Source of the DNA: Nemertoderma westbladi
Taxonomy: Eukaryota > Animalia > Xenacoelomorpha
Assembly: GCA_032718475.1 (NCBI GenBank)
Contig: JAUCBJ010005850.1
Location: 1-42,730, forward strand
Reading direction: 5' to 3'
DNA: 42,730 nt
The notes under the pieces were generated by a model. It ran no database searches and was not told the origin of the DNA. It saw nothing but the letters and a program-made list of their open reading frames with translations. A program made the position numbers and the translations under genes. Shown here piece by piece: positions 1-12,829 of this stretch; position 1 is the stretch's first letter; every line of letters starts with the position of its first letter.

Positions 1-199
1 GTATTGTAGGCTTTTTAATGTAGAATCATTATGGGCTTGGTGAGCATGTCAGGTTGCCGATCAAGTTGCTCTATGTAAACGCGAAGTTTGTTGCTGTAAA
101 AGATGCCTCATAAAACGGAGACTAAAAGTCAATGTTACTCAAATTAAGTAGCTTGTTGCTAACCAAGTTATCCAAAACGTCCGGAACCCAATAGCAACT

Positions 200-670
200 T
201 GGACACAAACATTAAATGAAGGACAGATATTTATCAGCGCCACAAACATTAATGTGGGACAAACATTAATCAGGAGGACAAACATTAATCAGGGGGACAA
301 ACATTAATGTGGGACATAAACATTGATATGGGACACAAACATTAATGAGGGACACAAACATTAATGAGGGACACAAACAATAATGAGGGACACAAACATT
401 AATGAGGGACACAAACATTAATAAGGGACACAAACATTAATAAGGGACACAAACATTAATGAGGGACACAAACATTAATGAGGGACACAAACATTAATAA
501 GGGACACAAACATTAATAAGGGACACAAACATTAATGAGGTACACAAACATTAATAAGGGACACAAACATTACTGAGGTACACAAACATTAATAAGGTAC
601 ACAGACATTAATGAGGGACACAAACATTAAACGAGGGACAGATATCATCAAGGGCACAAACATTAATCAT
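200..670 (+). repeat. 19-bp minisatellite array (GGGACACAAACATTAATGA)n, left arm of an inverted pair
   Basis: About 24 tandem units, most homogeneous at 330-630. Confidence 0.95.
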
Positions 671-1224
671 GGGCACCATCATTCCATTCCATCCATGTTA
701 CCCCCCATGGCACTTACTTAGTATGATTCCTGTTACCACCCATACACAATACATACACATACAATATATTACAGTATTACAATTCTCATTACTGTCAAGC
801 AATACAATAACAACAATAAATAATAACACATTAATCTGACCAAACCAATAATCTATGTTATTACCAATTGAGGGAAAGGATCAGGTTACAGAGATGGTTT
901 TTCTAACCAAAACAATAAACGATGTTGTTACTATTAAGGGAATGAGTAAAATAATGATGAACATGAAGGGGAGACAGGAATGGGGGGGGGCTGGAACAGG
1001 CAGCTGAACAACGTAACCAAACGTCGCTTTCAATTAATTTCCATCTAATTAGGTAGATGGGATGTATAGAAAGCGGCGCTACTTTGATCGAAGCTCACGT
1101 TCCCATGGTAGTATTTTTTCAGTATATCAGTTTATCACTTATTATCTGATCGTCTGATGGCAAGCATCACCATCGCTCATATTAATTGGCCATCCAATTG
1201 GGCATACATTGGCAAGCATTCACC

Positions 1225-1668
1225 CCTATTAATATTTGTGTCCCTCATTAATGATCGTATCCCTCATTAATGTTTATGTACCTCATTAATTCATTGTGTC
1301 CCTCATTAATGTTTGTGTCCCTCATTAATGTTTGTCTCCCTGATTACTGTGTGTCCCTCATTAATGCTTGTTTCCCTCGTTAATGTTTGTGCCCCTTATT
1401 AATGGTGTCCCTCATTAATGTTTGTGTCCCTCGTTAATGTTTGTGTCCATCATTAATGTGTGTCCCTCATTAATGTTTGTGACCCTGATTAATATCTGTA
1501 TCCCTTATTAATGTATGTGCCCTTGATTAATGTGTGTCCCTAATTAATGTTTTTGTCCCTTATTAATGTTTGTACCACTTAATGTGTGTCCCTGATTAAT
1601 GTTTGTGTCCCTGATAAATGTTTGTATCACAGATTAATGTTTGTGTTCCCTCAATAATGTTTGTGTCA
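1225..1668 (-). repeat. 19-bp minisatellite array in opposite orientation (TCATTAATGTTTGTGTCCC)n, right arm
   Basis: Unit is the reverse complement of the 200-670 unit; copies are more diverged. Confidence 0.95.
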
Positions 1669-1702
1669 TGGCCGCAATACAAACCAGTATATAAATGAGA
1701 AA

Positions 1703-2020
1703 TTACGGGGTTTTGCCAGGTTATTGTTTCTGATTTAAGGGGTTTTACAGGTTGTTATTTATGATTTAAGGGGTTTTGCCAGATGGACTGAATTTCATAT
1801 CCTTGAATTTACGGTGTTTTGCAAGCCAATTATTGACTTGTGGGGTTCTGCCTCGAAGTGGGCATAAGTTACGGGGAACTGTCTTTGGCTTATAACTCAA
1901 AAATGGCTGGTAGAAAAGCTTCGGGGTTCTGCCAGACGAAAAAGCCGATATCGAATTTACCCAAAAAGTCAAAAACATGAAAATCGAAAAAAATCGACTT
2001 AGGGGGTTCTGCCTTGAAGG
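1703..2020 (+). repeat. Cluster of spaced GGGGTT(T/C)TGCC motifs, possibly subterminal repeats of a DNA transposon
   Basis: About 6 recognisable copies (e.g. ~1707, 1770, 1841, 1924, 2003) with irregular spacing; transposon role is inference. Confidence 0.5.
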
Positions 2021-2255
2021 TGACGGTTTACTGTTGGTTAAACAGGAGTGACAACATGTGACTGTCTGAATTCCAAGCTTTGAGTCAAACAAGGATTATC
2101 GAATCATATTATCGATAATTTTCTTTCTGTAATGTCATACAAAGTGCTCTTTTCCTCATAAACATTAATTATTTACTTATTTCGTAGTTTAGAATGAAGA
2201 ACTATGAAGATTTATATTTGCAGTTAAGAAGATCAAACTTGGGAAAGCACCCTGC

Positions 2256-2421
2256 TTTCCCAAGTTACTAGGTAGTTACGGCAGCAGCTGTTTCCCAAGT
2301 TAGTTTAAGGTAGGCAGTTATGACAGCAGCTGTTTCCCCAAGTTAGTTTAAGATAGGCAGTTATGACAGCAGCTGTTTCCCCAAGTTAGTTTAAAGTAGG
2401 CAGTTACGACAGCAGCTGTTT
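2256..2421 (+). repeat. ~43-bp tandem repeat, about 4 copies
   Basis: TTTCCCCAAGTTAGTTTAAGATAGGCAGTTATGACAGCAGCTG repeated; first copy shorter. Confidence 0.9.
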
Positions 2422-3339
2422 TCATTAAATGCTTCACTAATATATAATAATATCTAATGATTGTGGCCATAAGTCATTTTGAAAGATCAAACAAAATATA
2501 TATAACTTTTATGTAGAATTTAGCGATCTTATGGTTGCATATTATATAGTATTATGTATAATCATATTCTATATAACTCCAGCAATTTCTACACTTTAGC
2601 CAAATCGGGAAATCCTTGGTAGGACTGGTCATATGGATGCACAACACATTTTGATGATATAAGAATATTTAATTAGTTATGTATATCTATATAACTTTAT
2701 ATATAGATTTTGTTTGTTTATAGGACTGTTACTAAGATAAAACATTTCCATTATTAATGAAACATCAATTTCACGTTTTTGCCTAACGGACCTACACCCT
2801 ATCACAACATTTAATGAATTAAAATTGTTTTTACTAACTAGTAAACATCATTATGTGCAAATATCACGATTCAGAGTTATGACCGCTGATCATAGTACCA
2901 AACGAGAGAGAGCGAGCTTTGTTGAATAAGAAACGAAGTATGAAATTTTGATACCTTACATTAAATTATCACAACTAAAAATGCTAAATAATAAATTAAT
3001 CACATTAATATTGTAACATTTATATCAATTTACGCTATTAATTGCAGACTACAACTACCACTAACTAGACCTAAAATTATAGCTGTTGTTATAAAATAAT
3101 GAATGCCTTCACGCTTTTAAAAATTGTTAATATTAATAAGCTAAATATTATCATCTGCGACTTGAGTTGTATTCTATTTCTTCATTAATTCCAGCATTGT
3201 TCCTTTGACCTTTGGCCTCTGAAAAAATATGCTTTTACAATCCCTCGAATATACGGATAAAAAGTTGGACAAAAAATAATTATTTATGTAAAAGAATAGT
3301 TATTTTTCAAAATTAACAAAATTCATATAAGTTTGAGAT

Positions 3340-4130
3340 AAAATATGCAGCCATATTACAAATTTATAAATCAAATTCCTAAATTCCATAAAACTGTATC
3401 TTTGATAAACATTTGTTATTTTATTTGCTATAATTATATTGCATTTTCGTTTCTTTTAAGTTTTAAATTCATGAAATAATTAATGATGTATTAATTGTAT
3501 TAATTATCCAAAATATAACTTAAAAAAAAACATAATAATAGTTATAATAATATGACATGCAACCATAAGACATGTCAACTGCTAATGGCTGCATGATTTA
3601 TTTAAACTATATTTCAGATTGAGTTTTGGTGTATTGGAAGGTTTGAGGTACTTGAAGTTTTAGCATTATTCTTTATAAACCTTTCCTACTAAATATACCT
3701 AATAATGTTGAAATTCAATAGGCAGCCATATAACGAATCATTATAAAGAAAAATTTATAAAATTGTGCATTATTACTAGATACAACAATTATTGTATTTT
3801 TCTTTTTATTCATATTTTAAATTGATAAAATATTATTTCATAATGTTTTAATGAAAGAAATAAGGCTTTTAAAATAGATATATAATATCATTTTATTTAT
3901 TTGTAATAATTGTATGGAATTAATTTCGCACAAAGAAATCGCCAGAGCGACATATTTTCCAGCTTTATACCGCAGTGCACATTAGTTATGAAATAAGACA
4001 TGCAACCATAATACAGTCCCAGTGCTTAAGGCTGCATGTTTTATTTAAACTTTACTTTTGAAGCGAGTTTGTAGGTAATGGTTGGTTGAACATTGAACTA
4101 AGTAGATATTTCTCGAATAATTCGAGAAAA
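3340..4130. repeat. AT-rich complex repeat carrying ATGCA(G/A)CCATAAG / CTTATGGCTGCAT motif pairs
   Basis: Motifs at ~3345, 3557-3594, 3721, 4000-4038; 3340-3620 resembles 6885-7160. Confidence 0.7.
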
Positions 4131-4169
4131 TTCAGATTTATTTTAATTTTAACATATTAATTCTGACCT

Positions 4170-4440
4170 TCTGACCGTTTGTCTGTTGATCTGTTTTACA
4201 TAATATAGTATCTCTCAATCCATAGCAAAAACCTATGGCATGGAGTTTTCCTAGTCTGTGATTTCATTCCCGATTACGGTTTTCATGTTTGGTGGCATCT
4301 AGACTGTCTGTATGTCTGTCCGTTTGCCTGCCTATGTGTCTGTCAAAATATAATATTTCACCATACAAAGCTAAAATCTTGGGCATCTGTGTTTTATCGT
4401 TATCAGACTTCATTTTTAGTGGCATATAAACTGTTTTCGA
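4170..4440 (+). repeat. Diverged copies (~2) of the ~146-bp satellite
   Basis: TTTTCATGTTTGG, TGTCTGTCCGTTTG and CAAAGCTAAAATC blocks match the arrays at 5460 and 9855. Confidence 0.8.
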
Positions 4441-4935
4441 TCAGTCTTACATAATTAAATTTCGACCACAAGTTATTATATCCCAGAATACAGGAGTTTT
4501 CGCACCAAAAATACTTTTTTTACCGCCCCAAATAGGTAAAATAGCCCCAAATTTCAGTTAGTCAGTTAGTCAGTCAGTCAGCAACGATTCGGTTCCTAAT
4601 AACGGATGTACTGATAGCTAAATTATAATTACTTAGTCAAGCTGGAAATCCCATTATTGCTAATTAAAGTTGTGTGGTTTAGCGGATCACATTACTTATC
4701 AAAGGTCAAGCAGATTATTGTATTGGAAACCGATTGCTTATTAGAGTTGTTTTCATCCAAACCCAGTAGCTAATACACGGATTACGTATTACGCACGTGC
4801 TGTAGGAATGAATATAAGTCACTGCAAACAAGTATTATTGTACTTTCTGTTTCGGTCGGCCTCCACCATACGAGTTTCGAATTATGTTTTTTTTTGAGAA
4901 GCCGTTCTGTAGTGCAGATGATCGTTGGATCCACT

Positions 4936-5446
4936 AATATGACATGCAACCATAAGACAGCTCCATTGCTTATAGCTGCATGTTTTATTTAAACTTCATC
5001 TCATACATGAGTCTACATGCAATGGGTGGTATATCTAAATAGATTGAGGCACTTGAATTAATGTTGAAATATGATATACATACAGCCGTATAACAGTGTA
5101 ATTAGACTTAAAATAAACCGAATATTATTTAAAATAAGACATGCAACGCAACGCATTGAAATTTCCAGTGCTTATTTCAAGTTCCATGCACATTTTATTA
5201 AACTATATTCCAGTCTAGAGTTTGTAATGTAGTTCGTGGGGGCTGGTTTATCTAAATAGATATTATTCTCAGAAAAGTTCGAGTAATTTCGATTTTATTA
5301 AAGTTTTCATTTTGCTATTGGGATAACTAGGAATATTGATGTAATTAATATCCAATTTAATTTGTATCACTAATTAATTGCAGTTATTACAACAAAGTTT
5401 CGGTAAACAATCATAAACTTAGCATATAATGGTTGCTATAAAGCTA
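4936..5446 (+). repeat. ~500-bp direct repeat, copy 1 (ATGCAACCATAAG family)
   Basis: Colinear with 7105-7595, both ending in ATGGTTGCTAT(A/G)AAGCTA. Confidence 0.9.
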
Positions 5447-5459
5447 GAGTTCAGATTTT

Positions 5460-6680
5460 ATTTACGGTATCAATTTTCATGTTTGGCAGCATTTGTAAAG
5501 TTTTATGTCGATCTGTCTGTCAAAATACAATATGACACCCTACAAAGCTAAAATCCTGGGAAATTCTGCTTTCTTGGATTCTGACTTAATTTACGGTAGC
5601 AGTTGTCATGTTTGGAAGCATTTTTACAGTTTGTATACCTCTGTCTGTTTGTCAGTCGATCTGTCTGTCAAAATACAATATGACACCCTACAAATGCTAA
5701 AATCTTGAGAATGTCTATTTTCTTGGACTCTGACATCATTTATGGTATCAGTTTTCATGTTTGGCAGCATTCTTACAGTTTTATGTCGTCCGTTTGTCAG
5801 TCGATCTGTCTGTCAAAATACAATTGACACCCTATAAAGCTTAAATCTTGGGAATGTATGTTTTTTTGGATTCTGACTTCAATTACGGTATCAGTTTTCA
5901 TATTTGGCAGCGTTTGAAAACTTTGTATGTCTGTCCGTTTGTCAGTCGTTCTGTCTGTCAAAATACAATATGACACCCTACAAATGCTAAAATCTTGAGA
6001 ATGTCTATTTTCTTGGACTCTGACATCATTTATGGTATCAGTTTTCATGTTTGGCAGCATTTTTACAGTTTTATGTCGTCCGTTTGTCAGTCGATCTGTC
6101 TGTCAAAATACAATATGACACCCTATAAAGCTTAAATCTTGGAAATGTCTGTTTTTTAGACTCTGACTTAATTTACGGTATCAGTTTTCATGTTTGGCAG
6201 TATTTTTACAGTTTTATGTCGTCCGTTTGTCAGTCGATCTGTCTGTCAAAATACAATATGACACCCTACAAATGCTAAAATCTTGAGAATGTCTATTTTC
6301 TTGGACTCTGACATCATTTATGGTATCAGTTTTCATGTTTGGCAGCATTTTTACAGTTTTATGTCGTCCGTTTGTCAGTCGATCTGTCTGTCAAAATACA
6401 ATATGACACCCTATAAAGCTTAAATCTTGGAAATGTCTGTTTTTTAGACTCTGACTTAATTTACGGTATCAGTTTTCATGTTTGGCAGTATTTTTACAGT
6501 TTTATGTCGTCCGTTTGTCAGTCGATCTGTCTGTCAAAATACAATATGACACCCTATAAAGCTTAAATCTTGGAAATGTCTGTTTTTTTGGACTCTGACT
6601 TCATTTACGGTATCAGTTTTCATGTTTGGCAGCATTTGTACAGTTTGCATACGTCTGTCCGTTTCTCATTCGATCTATTA
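5460..6680 (+). repeat. ~144-bp satellite array with a 288-bp dimeric higher-order repeat
   Basis: GTATCAGTTTTCAT anchors at 5745, 5888, 6035, 6178, 6323, 6466; CAAATGCTAAAA and TAAAGCTTAAAT monomer types alternate. Confidence 0.95.
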
Positions 6681-6884
6681 GTCCGGTAGTTTCAGAGATG
6701 TATTCTAAAGCTTTGAACTTTGGGCGATGTGCCCTTTCTACTACAACCGTCTCATTTGTCGATCTTGTGTCTCTCTGTACTAATATTTAGTGTGAAGTTT
6801 GTGTTATCTAGCCAGACAACCTGTGGTTAGTGAGAACTAAAAATACGGCGCCTGTCCTTTCTCAAAATTAACTATAGATTATAT

Positions 6885-7595
6885 AAAACATGCAGCCATA
6901 AAACCAATTCATTGCAGTTATTAATTAAACAGACTCTTTGATAAAATTAGTAACTAAAAATTATTGTACTTTCATTTCTTTTATATTTTCAAGGGATTAA
7001 ATCATTTAAATAATTCAACTAACTAACTAATTTAACCATTTATAATATTGTATTTATTAATTGACCAAAATATGACATAAAAAAAACATAATAATTATTA
7101 TTATTATATAACATGCAACCATAAGAGAGCTCCATTGCTTAAGGCTGCATGTTTTATTTAAACTTTATCTCAGACGTGAGTTTACATTTAATGGCTGGTT
7201 TATCTAAATAGATTGAGACACTTGAATTAAGGTTGAAATATGATATGTAACCGTATAACAGTATAATAAGACTTAAAATAAACCTAATATTATTTATAAT
7301 AATGCATGCAACTGTATTGAAAGTTCCAGTGCTTATGGCTGCACGTTTTATTTAGACTATTTTCCAGAAAAGAGTTGTATTGTAGTGGGGGCTGGTTTAT
7401 CTAAATAGATAATTCTTGGAAAAGTTCGAGTAATTCCGATTTTTTTAAAGTTTTCATTACTTGATATTGGAATAATTAGGAATATTGATGTAATTCATAT
7501 CCAATTTAATTTGTATCACTAAATAATTGCAGTTATTACAACAAAGTTACGGTAAACAATTATAAAATTAGCATATAATGGTTGCTATGAAGCTA
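6885..7595 (+). repeat. Complex repeat, copy 2 (ATGCAGCCATAA family)
   Basis: 7105-7595 matches 4936-5446; 6885-7160 resembles 3340-3620. Confidence 0.85.
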
Positions 7596-7819
7596 TGCAG
7601 AAGAATCCAGACGTGTTTAAGAGATTATTTACTAAGTTAGTGTTGGTATATAGTTAGTGATAGTTAGTTATAGAACTATAAGTACGTTCGTCCTATAGGC
7701 CGCAACGCTGCAATACGGTACTTTACTACGTTAAGAGTAAAACACCAGAACTCTGAAAAGTTCGCATAATATTGTTGCAAATGTACCAATTGTTGATATC
7801 ACACGTGAACCTTTTAGAG

Positions 7820-8320
7820 TTTATTTAGGGCAGCAGTAGAGACAGCCTTCTTAGATGGGAGTCCATGCTGGTCTCTGACTGACTGCAGAGTATATAAAAC
7901 CTCTGGATGGCACATTCACAATAATGCTACGCCGGGGTCATTGTGTCAAGAAGAACGAACACATCTCCATAACCAGACTGTGAACAACATCGGAAGTGTT
8001 TCATTAGTCTCCGAAAGCTTTTGCTTGAACTGAGCTGCCACCGCCTTGTAGGACATTGCTTTCACAGTGTGGACCAGCCTGTGCATAATCTTGTGCTTTG
8101 GCGGCCTCATGGAACGACTATGTATGGTGGTAAGCCCATGACTTTCTTGAGACGCATTTTAAAGAACACTGGACTTGAAGATGCGGATGATCTAGCAAAT
8201 GTCATGGGTGATAGGGAGTTGAGGTGGAGCAATTTTATCGACAAGCCGACACATCTTTCTTAATATATTTGATATAATTAATGCAGCCGCAATGCAACAT
8301 GCCGTTAGTAGTAGTAGTAG
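7820..8320 (+). mobile_element. Degraded 3' fragment of an RTE-like non-LTR retrotransposon with (TAG)n tail
   Basis: Colinear with 24950-25430; encodes ...GHCF..DQPVHNLVLW...MTFLRRILK.TGL.DADDLANVMGDREL; TAG repeats at 8306-8320. Confidence 0.93.
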
Positions 8321-8439
8321 TTATAGATGTTTGTTGATACCAATAGAAAGGTAGAAGTAATATTGGGTATAAAAGTTTCATCAATTATTATCTGATTGTA
8401 GCAATTAATCTATATGTGTACCGACATTTGCTGGGGCTC

Positions 8440-8770
8440 ATATCCATATACAATATATTAGACCAGACAGCTAAAATCTTCCATATGTAGTTTTTTTCAT
8501 CACTGATTTCATTTCCCATATCAGTTTTCAAGTTTGGCGGCATTTGTACAGTTTGTATATCTGTTCGTTTGTCGAAAAACAATATGACACCCTACAAAGC
8601 TAAAATCACGGTAATGTCTGTTTTCTTGGACTCAGACTTAATTTACGGTATCAGTTTTGATGTTTGGCAGCATTTGTAAAGTTTGTATGTCTGTCCGTTT
8701 GTCAGTCGATCTGTCTGTCAAAATACAATATGACACCCTATAAAGCTTAAATCTTGGGAATGTCTGTGTT
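8440..8770 (+). repeat. ~146-bp satellite, about 2 monomers
   Basis: Same consensus as the neighbouring arrays. Confidence 0.9.
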
Positions 8771-8775
8771 CGCGC

Positions 8776-9850
8776 TTTCAGACCTTTAGCAGTTTAACCT
8801 GCCAAATTTAGATGTCTTCTAGATTATAAATCGACTTTAGCCTATGACGAGTATTTGATACACTACATTAGCCGAAGCCAGTCTATGCGCGACCATTCAC
8901 CCACTGGATATACCCGGGAGACTGGATTCGGAAGCTTTGACCTTATTGCGGTGTAGGCCTACTGTATTATTCGACTGATCGTTAATATATAATTTCTGAC
9001 AAATATTATTCACTTTCGGGAAATATCAACAGTTCCTTTAGGACGTGGCGCTCTAAGTATGTAAACAGAGTTATGACTTACACTAAACACAACGGGATGG
9101 CTATTGATTCACGTATAAAGCGCATTCTTTAGGAGAAGCTTTGTTATCAGTCACAATCATGCACACTACCGCACAATGCTGCACACCGATCTGCCGACCT
9201 TCACTAATTTTAGTCACATATAAAGAGAACAGCAACCGACACATGTAGTGCCTATGAAATAGCATTAGATTCACTCCAAAACCACTTTAATGTAAGTCGC
9301 AATTGTTATATGTAACCGGTCTCTCTAACCTTCAGTATATCAAGAAGATTGGGGTTTTCTGATTATTTATCGATATTATCCAAATATAACAAGATTCCAT
9401 CAACTGATATAATTAATAACCGAATAAACCATAAATAGTAGTGAAATAATGCGGTGAAAGCATAATGCATATGTACTGAGTTGGTTTGATTTGATAACAG
9501 TTATACGTTTCTATGACCAAAGCCTACTAATGTTTGGCTAAAGTCTGAAACTTCCACAGAAGTACAGAAGAATCCTAAGCCGGTGTTCTGGGCTTAGAAA
9601 GATACATACTGACTCAATTGCGTAAGTTTCTGTATACAATCTCCAACACAGAGTCAAAAAACGCTCTGATTGGTCGACCGAACAAAGAACGAACAAAGAA
9701 CAAAGAAAAAGTTACACGTGTACATATCAGCTGTTAGATGTCGTCATGGTAACTACACTGTATCAAGAGGATTTTGGCTTATTGCGACATAAGATCGCTA
9801 GTTATGTAGAGTACTTTGCGGGGAAAATAACTAGCTAGATCCGCAAAAGC
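8776..9850. mobile_element. ~1.1-kb insertion interrupting the satellite; probable non-autonomous DNA element
   Basis: Satellite stops near 8770 and resumes near 9855; imperfect inverted repeat TTTCAGACCTTTAGC (8776-8790) / GCTAAAGTCTGAAA (9537-9550); no ORF or clear TSD. Confidence 0.45.
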
Positions 9851-9854
9851 CTTT

Positions 9855-11715
9855 ACAGTCTGTTTTATTAAATTCCGACTTCATGTACGGTATCAGTTTT
9901 CAAGTTTGGCAGAATTTGTACAGTTTGTATACGTCTGTCCGTTTGTCAGTCGATCTGTCCGTCAAAATACAATATGACACCCTACAAAGCTAAAATCCTG
10001 GGAATGTCTGTTTTATTGGACTCTGACTTCATTTACCGTATCAGTTTTCATGTTTGGCAGCATTGAACAGTTTATTATGACTGTCCGTTTGTCAGTCAAT
10101 CTGTCTGTCAAAATACAATATGACACCATACAAAGCTAAAATCCCGGGAATGTCTGTTTTCTTGGACTCTGACTTCATTTACTGTTTCAGTTGTCATGTT
10201 TGGCAGCAATTGAACAGTTTGTATGTCTGTCCGTTTGTCAGTCGATGTGTCTGTCAAAATACAATATGACACCCTTCAAATTCTAAAATCCTGAGAATGT
10301 CTGTTTTCTTGGACTCTGACTTCATTTACCGTGTCAGTTTTCATGTTTGGCAGCATTGTCCAGTTTGTATGTCTGTCCGTTTGTCAGTCAATCTGTCTGT
10401 CAAAATACAATATGACACCATACAAAGCTAAAATCCCGGGAATGTCTGTTTTCTTGGACCCTGACTTCATGTACGGTATCAGTTTCATGTTTGGCAGCAT
10501 TTTTACAGTTTGTATGTCTGTCCGTTTGTCAGTCAATCTGTCTGTCAAAATACAATATGACACCATACAAAGCTAACATCCCGGGAGTGTCTGTTTTCTT
10601 GGACTCTGACTTCATTTAGTGTATCAGATTTCATGTTTGGCAGCAATTGAACAGTTTGTTTGTCTGTCCGTTTATCAGTCGATCTGTCTATCAAAATACA
10701 ATATGACACCCTGCAAATTCTAAAATCCTGTGAATGTCTGTTTTCTTGGACTCTGACTTCATTTACGGTATCAGTTTCCATGTTTGGCAGCAATTTTACA
10801 GTTTGTAAGTCTGTCCGTTTGTCTGTCAATCTGTCTGTCAAAATAAAATATGATACCATACAAAGCTAACATCCCGGGAAGGTCTGTTTTCTTGGACTCT
10901 GACTTCATTTAGTGTATCAGATTTCATGTTTGGCAGCAATTGAACAGTTTGTTTGTCTGTCCGTTTATCAGTCGATCTGTCTATCAAAATACAATATGAC
11001 ACCCTGCAAATTCTAAAATCCTGTGAATGTCAGTTTTCTTGGACTCTGACTTCATTTACGGTATCAGTTTCCATGTTTGGCAGCAATTTTACAGTTTGTA
11101 AGTCTGTCCGTTTGTCTGTCAATCTGTCTGTCAAAATACGATATGACACCATACAAAGCTAACATCCCGGGAATGTCTGTTTTCTTGGACTCTGACTTCA
11201 TTTAGTGTATCAGATTTCATGTTTGGCAGCAATTGAACTGTTTGTTTGTCTGTCCGTTTATCAGTCGATCTGTCTGTCAAAATACAATATGACACCCTGC
11301 AAATTCTAAAATCCTGTGAATGTCAGTTTTCTTGGACTCTGACTTCATTTACGGTATCAGTTTCAATGTTTGGCAGCAATTTTACAGTTTGTAAGTCTGT
11401 CCGTTTGTCTGTCAATCTGTCTGTCAAAATACAATATGACACCCTATAAAGCTTAAATCATGGGAATATCTGTTTTTGGACTCTGAATTCATTTGCGGTA
11501 TCAGTTTCAATGTTTGGCAACAATTTTACAGTTTATACGTCTGTCCGTTTATCTGTCAATATGTCAGTCAAAATATATTTTAACACACCGCAAAACAAAA
11601 AAATTCGATACGTGCGTTTTATTGTTCTCTGATTTCATTCCAATATCAATTCTCATGTTTTATGTCACCTTGACTGTTTGACTGTCAAAATATCATATAT
11701 CACCCTACAAAGCAA
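9855..11715 (+). repeat. 146/147-bp satellite array (~12.5 monomers) with a 293-bp dimeric higher-order repeat
   Basis: Near-identical pseudo-ORFs start at 10660, 10953 and 11246 (period 293); two monomer types alternate. Confidence 0.97.
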
Positions 11716-12202
11716 GTTTTCTGGGACCGAATTGTCTGGGACCGAATTGTCCGGTACCGAATTGTTCGGGACCGAATTGTCCTAGGACCGAATTTTCTGG
11801 GACCGAATTGTCTGGGACCGAATTGTCCGGTACCGAATTGTCCGGGAACGAATTCTCCTAGGACCGAATTTTCTGGGACCGAATTGTCTGGGACCGAATT
11901 GTCCGGTACCGAATAGTCCGTATCTTGATAGAAATATAATTCGGACCAAAAACAATTTAATATGAAAATTTAATTACAAATATTTATATACTTAGTTAGC
12001 ATAATATTAATATGTATAAATTCAAGAATAAAAACGTATTAAATCAATAGCTTAATTTAATTTAATTTGGTCCTGGAAAATTTGGTCCCATTAAATATGT
12101 ATGTTATGGGACCGAATTTTCTAAGTCAGTATCCCGTCAATTAGGTCCCAAAACACTAAATTAAAGGGACCGAATTGACCGGGATTGAATTGTCCTGATT
12201 CC
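11716..12202. mobile_element. Putative end of a Mutator/foldback-type MITE with 15-16-bp GGGACCGAATTGTC subterminal repeats
   Basis: About 13 tandem units at 11716-11920, direct and inverted copies at 12064-12195, ending ...GTCCTGATTCC; interrupts the satellite. Family assignment is inference. Confidence 0.55.
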
Positions 12203-12420
12203 ATTTTCTTGGTGTCTGTCTTATTTTCGATATAATTTTTCATGTTTGGTGGCATCTCAACTTTCTGTCTGTCTTTCCGTTTGTCTGTCAATCCGTATGT
12301 TAAAAGATATTATATCGCACCACATAGTTAAAATCTTATGAGGTTGACCTGGTCTCGGATTTCATTTCCGATGTTAGCATTATTGATTGGCAGCAATGTA
12401 ACTGTTTGTATGTTATGTCA
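12203..12420 (+). repeat. Diverged ~146-bp satellite monomers
   Basis: TTTTCATGTTTGGTGGCATC and CCGTTTGTCTGTCAATC blocks. Confidence 0.75.
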
Positions 12421-12829
12421 GTATTGATGTTCAGACAGACAAAAAATTTCGTCCAGGAAATCCCATATAATGGCGAATATTTTAGAACAACGTCGTCGGT
12501 GTTCTATTTTAGATTGTTGGTATGCCGTCTAACATTTTGATGGACAAACCAACATGATGGACATGAAAAGACAGCTAGCTAGCTACAGTATTATAACTCG
12601 AGAAATAAAAGATATGTCGTGAGGCCATTTTCACCTACCTATGACATTGTCATTAATTTAACATTAACATTTATTTGTCTAAAAAGGTTAAGCCTCTTAA
12701 GCAAAACAAATTTGGCATAGAAACCCATAATTTCAATTCTCTTTCAATTTGTTTGAAATATGATTGTAGAAATATTTTGTCAAATTTTTCATGAAAATCT
12801 CAAGAGATACGAACAAAGATAAAATAAAT

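Noticed and set aside
1766-2092. 108-aa ORF
   Set aside because: Lies over the GGGGTTYTGCC repeat cluster and has no domain features.
5505-11681. Short ORFs in the 146-bp satellite
   Set aside because: Periodic translations of non-coding repeats.
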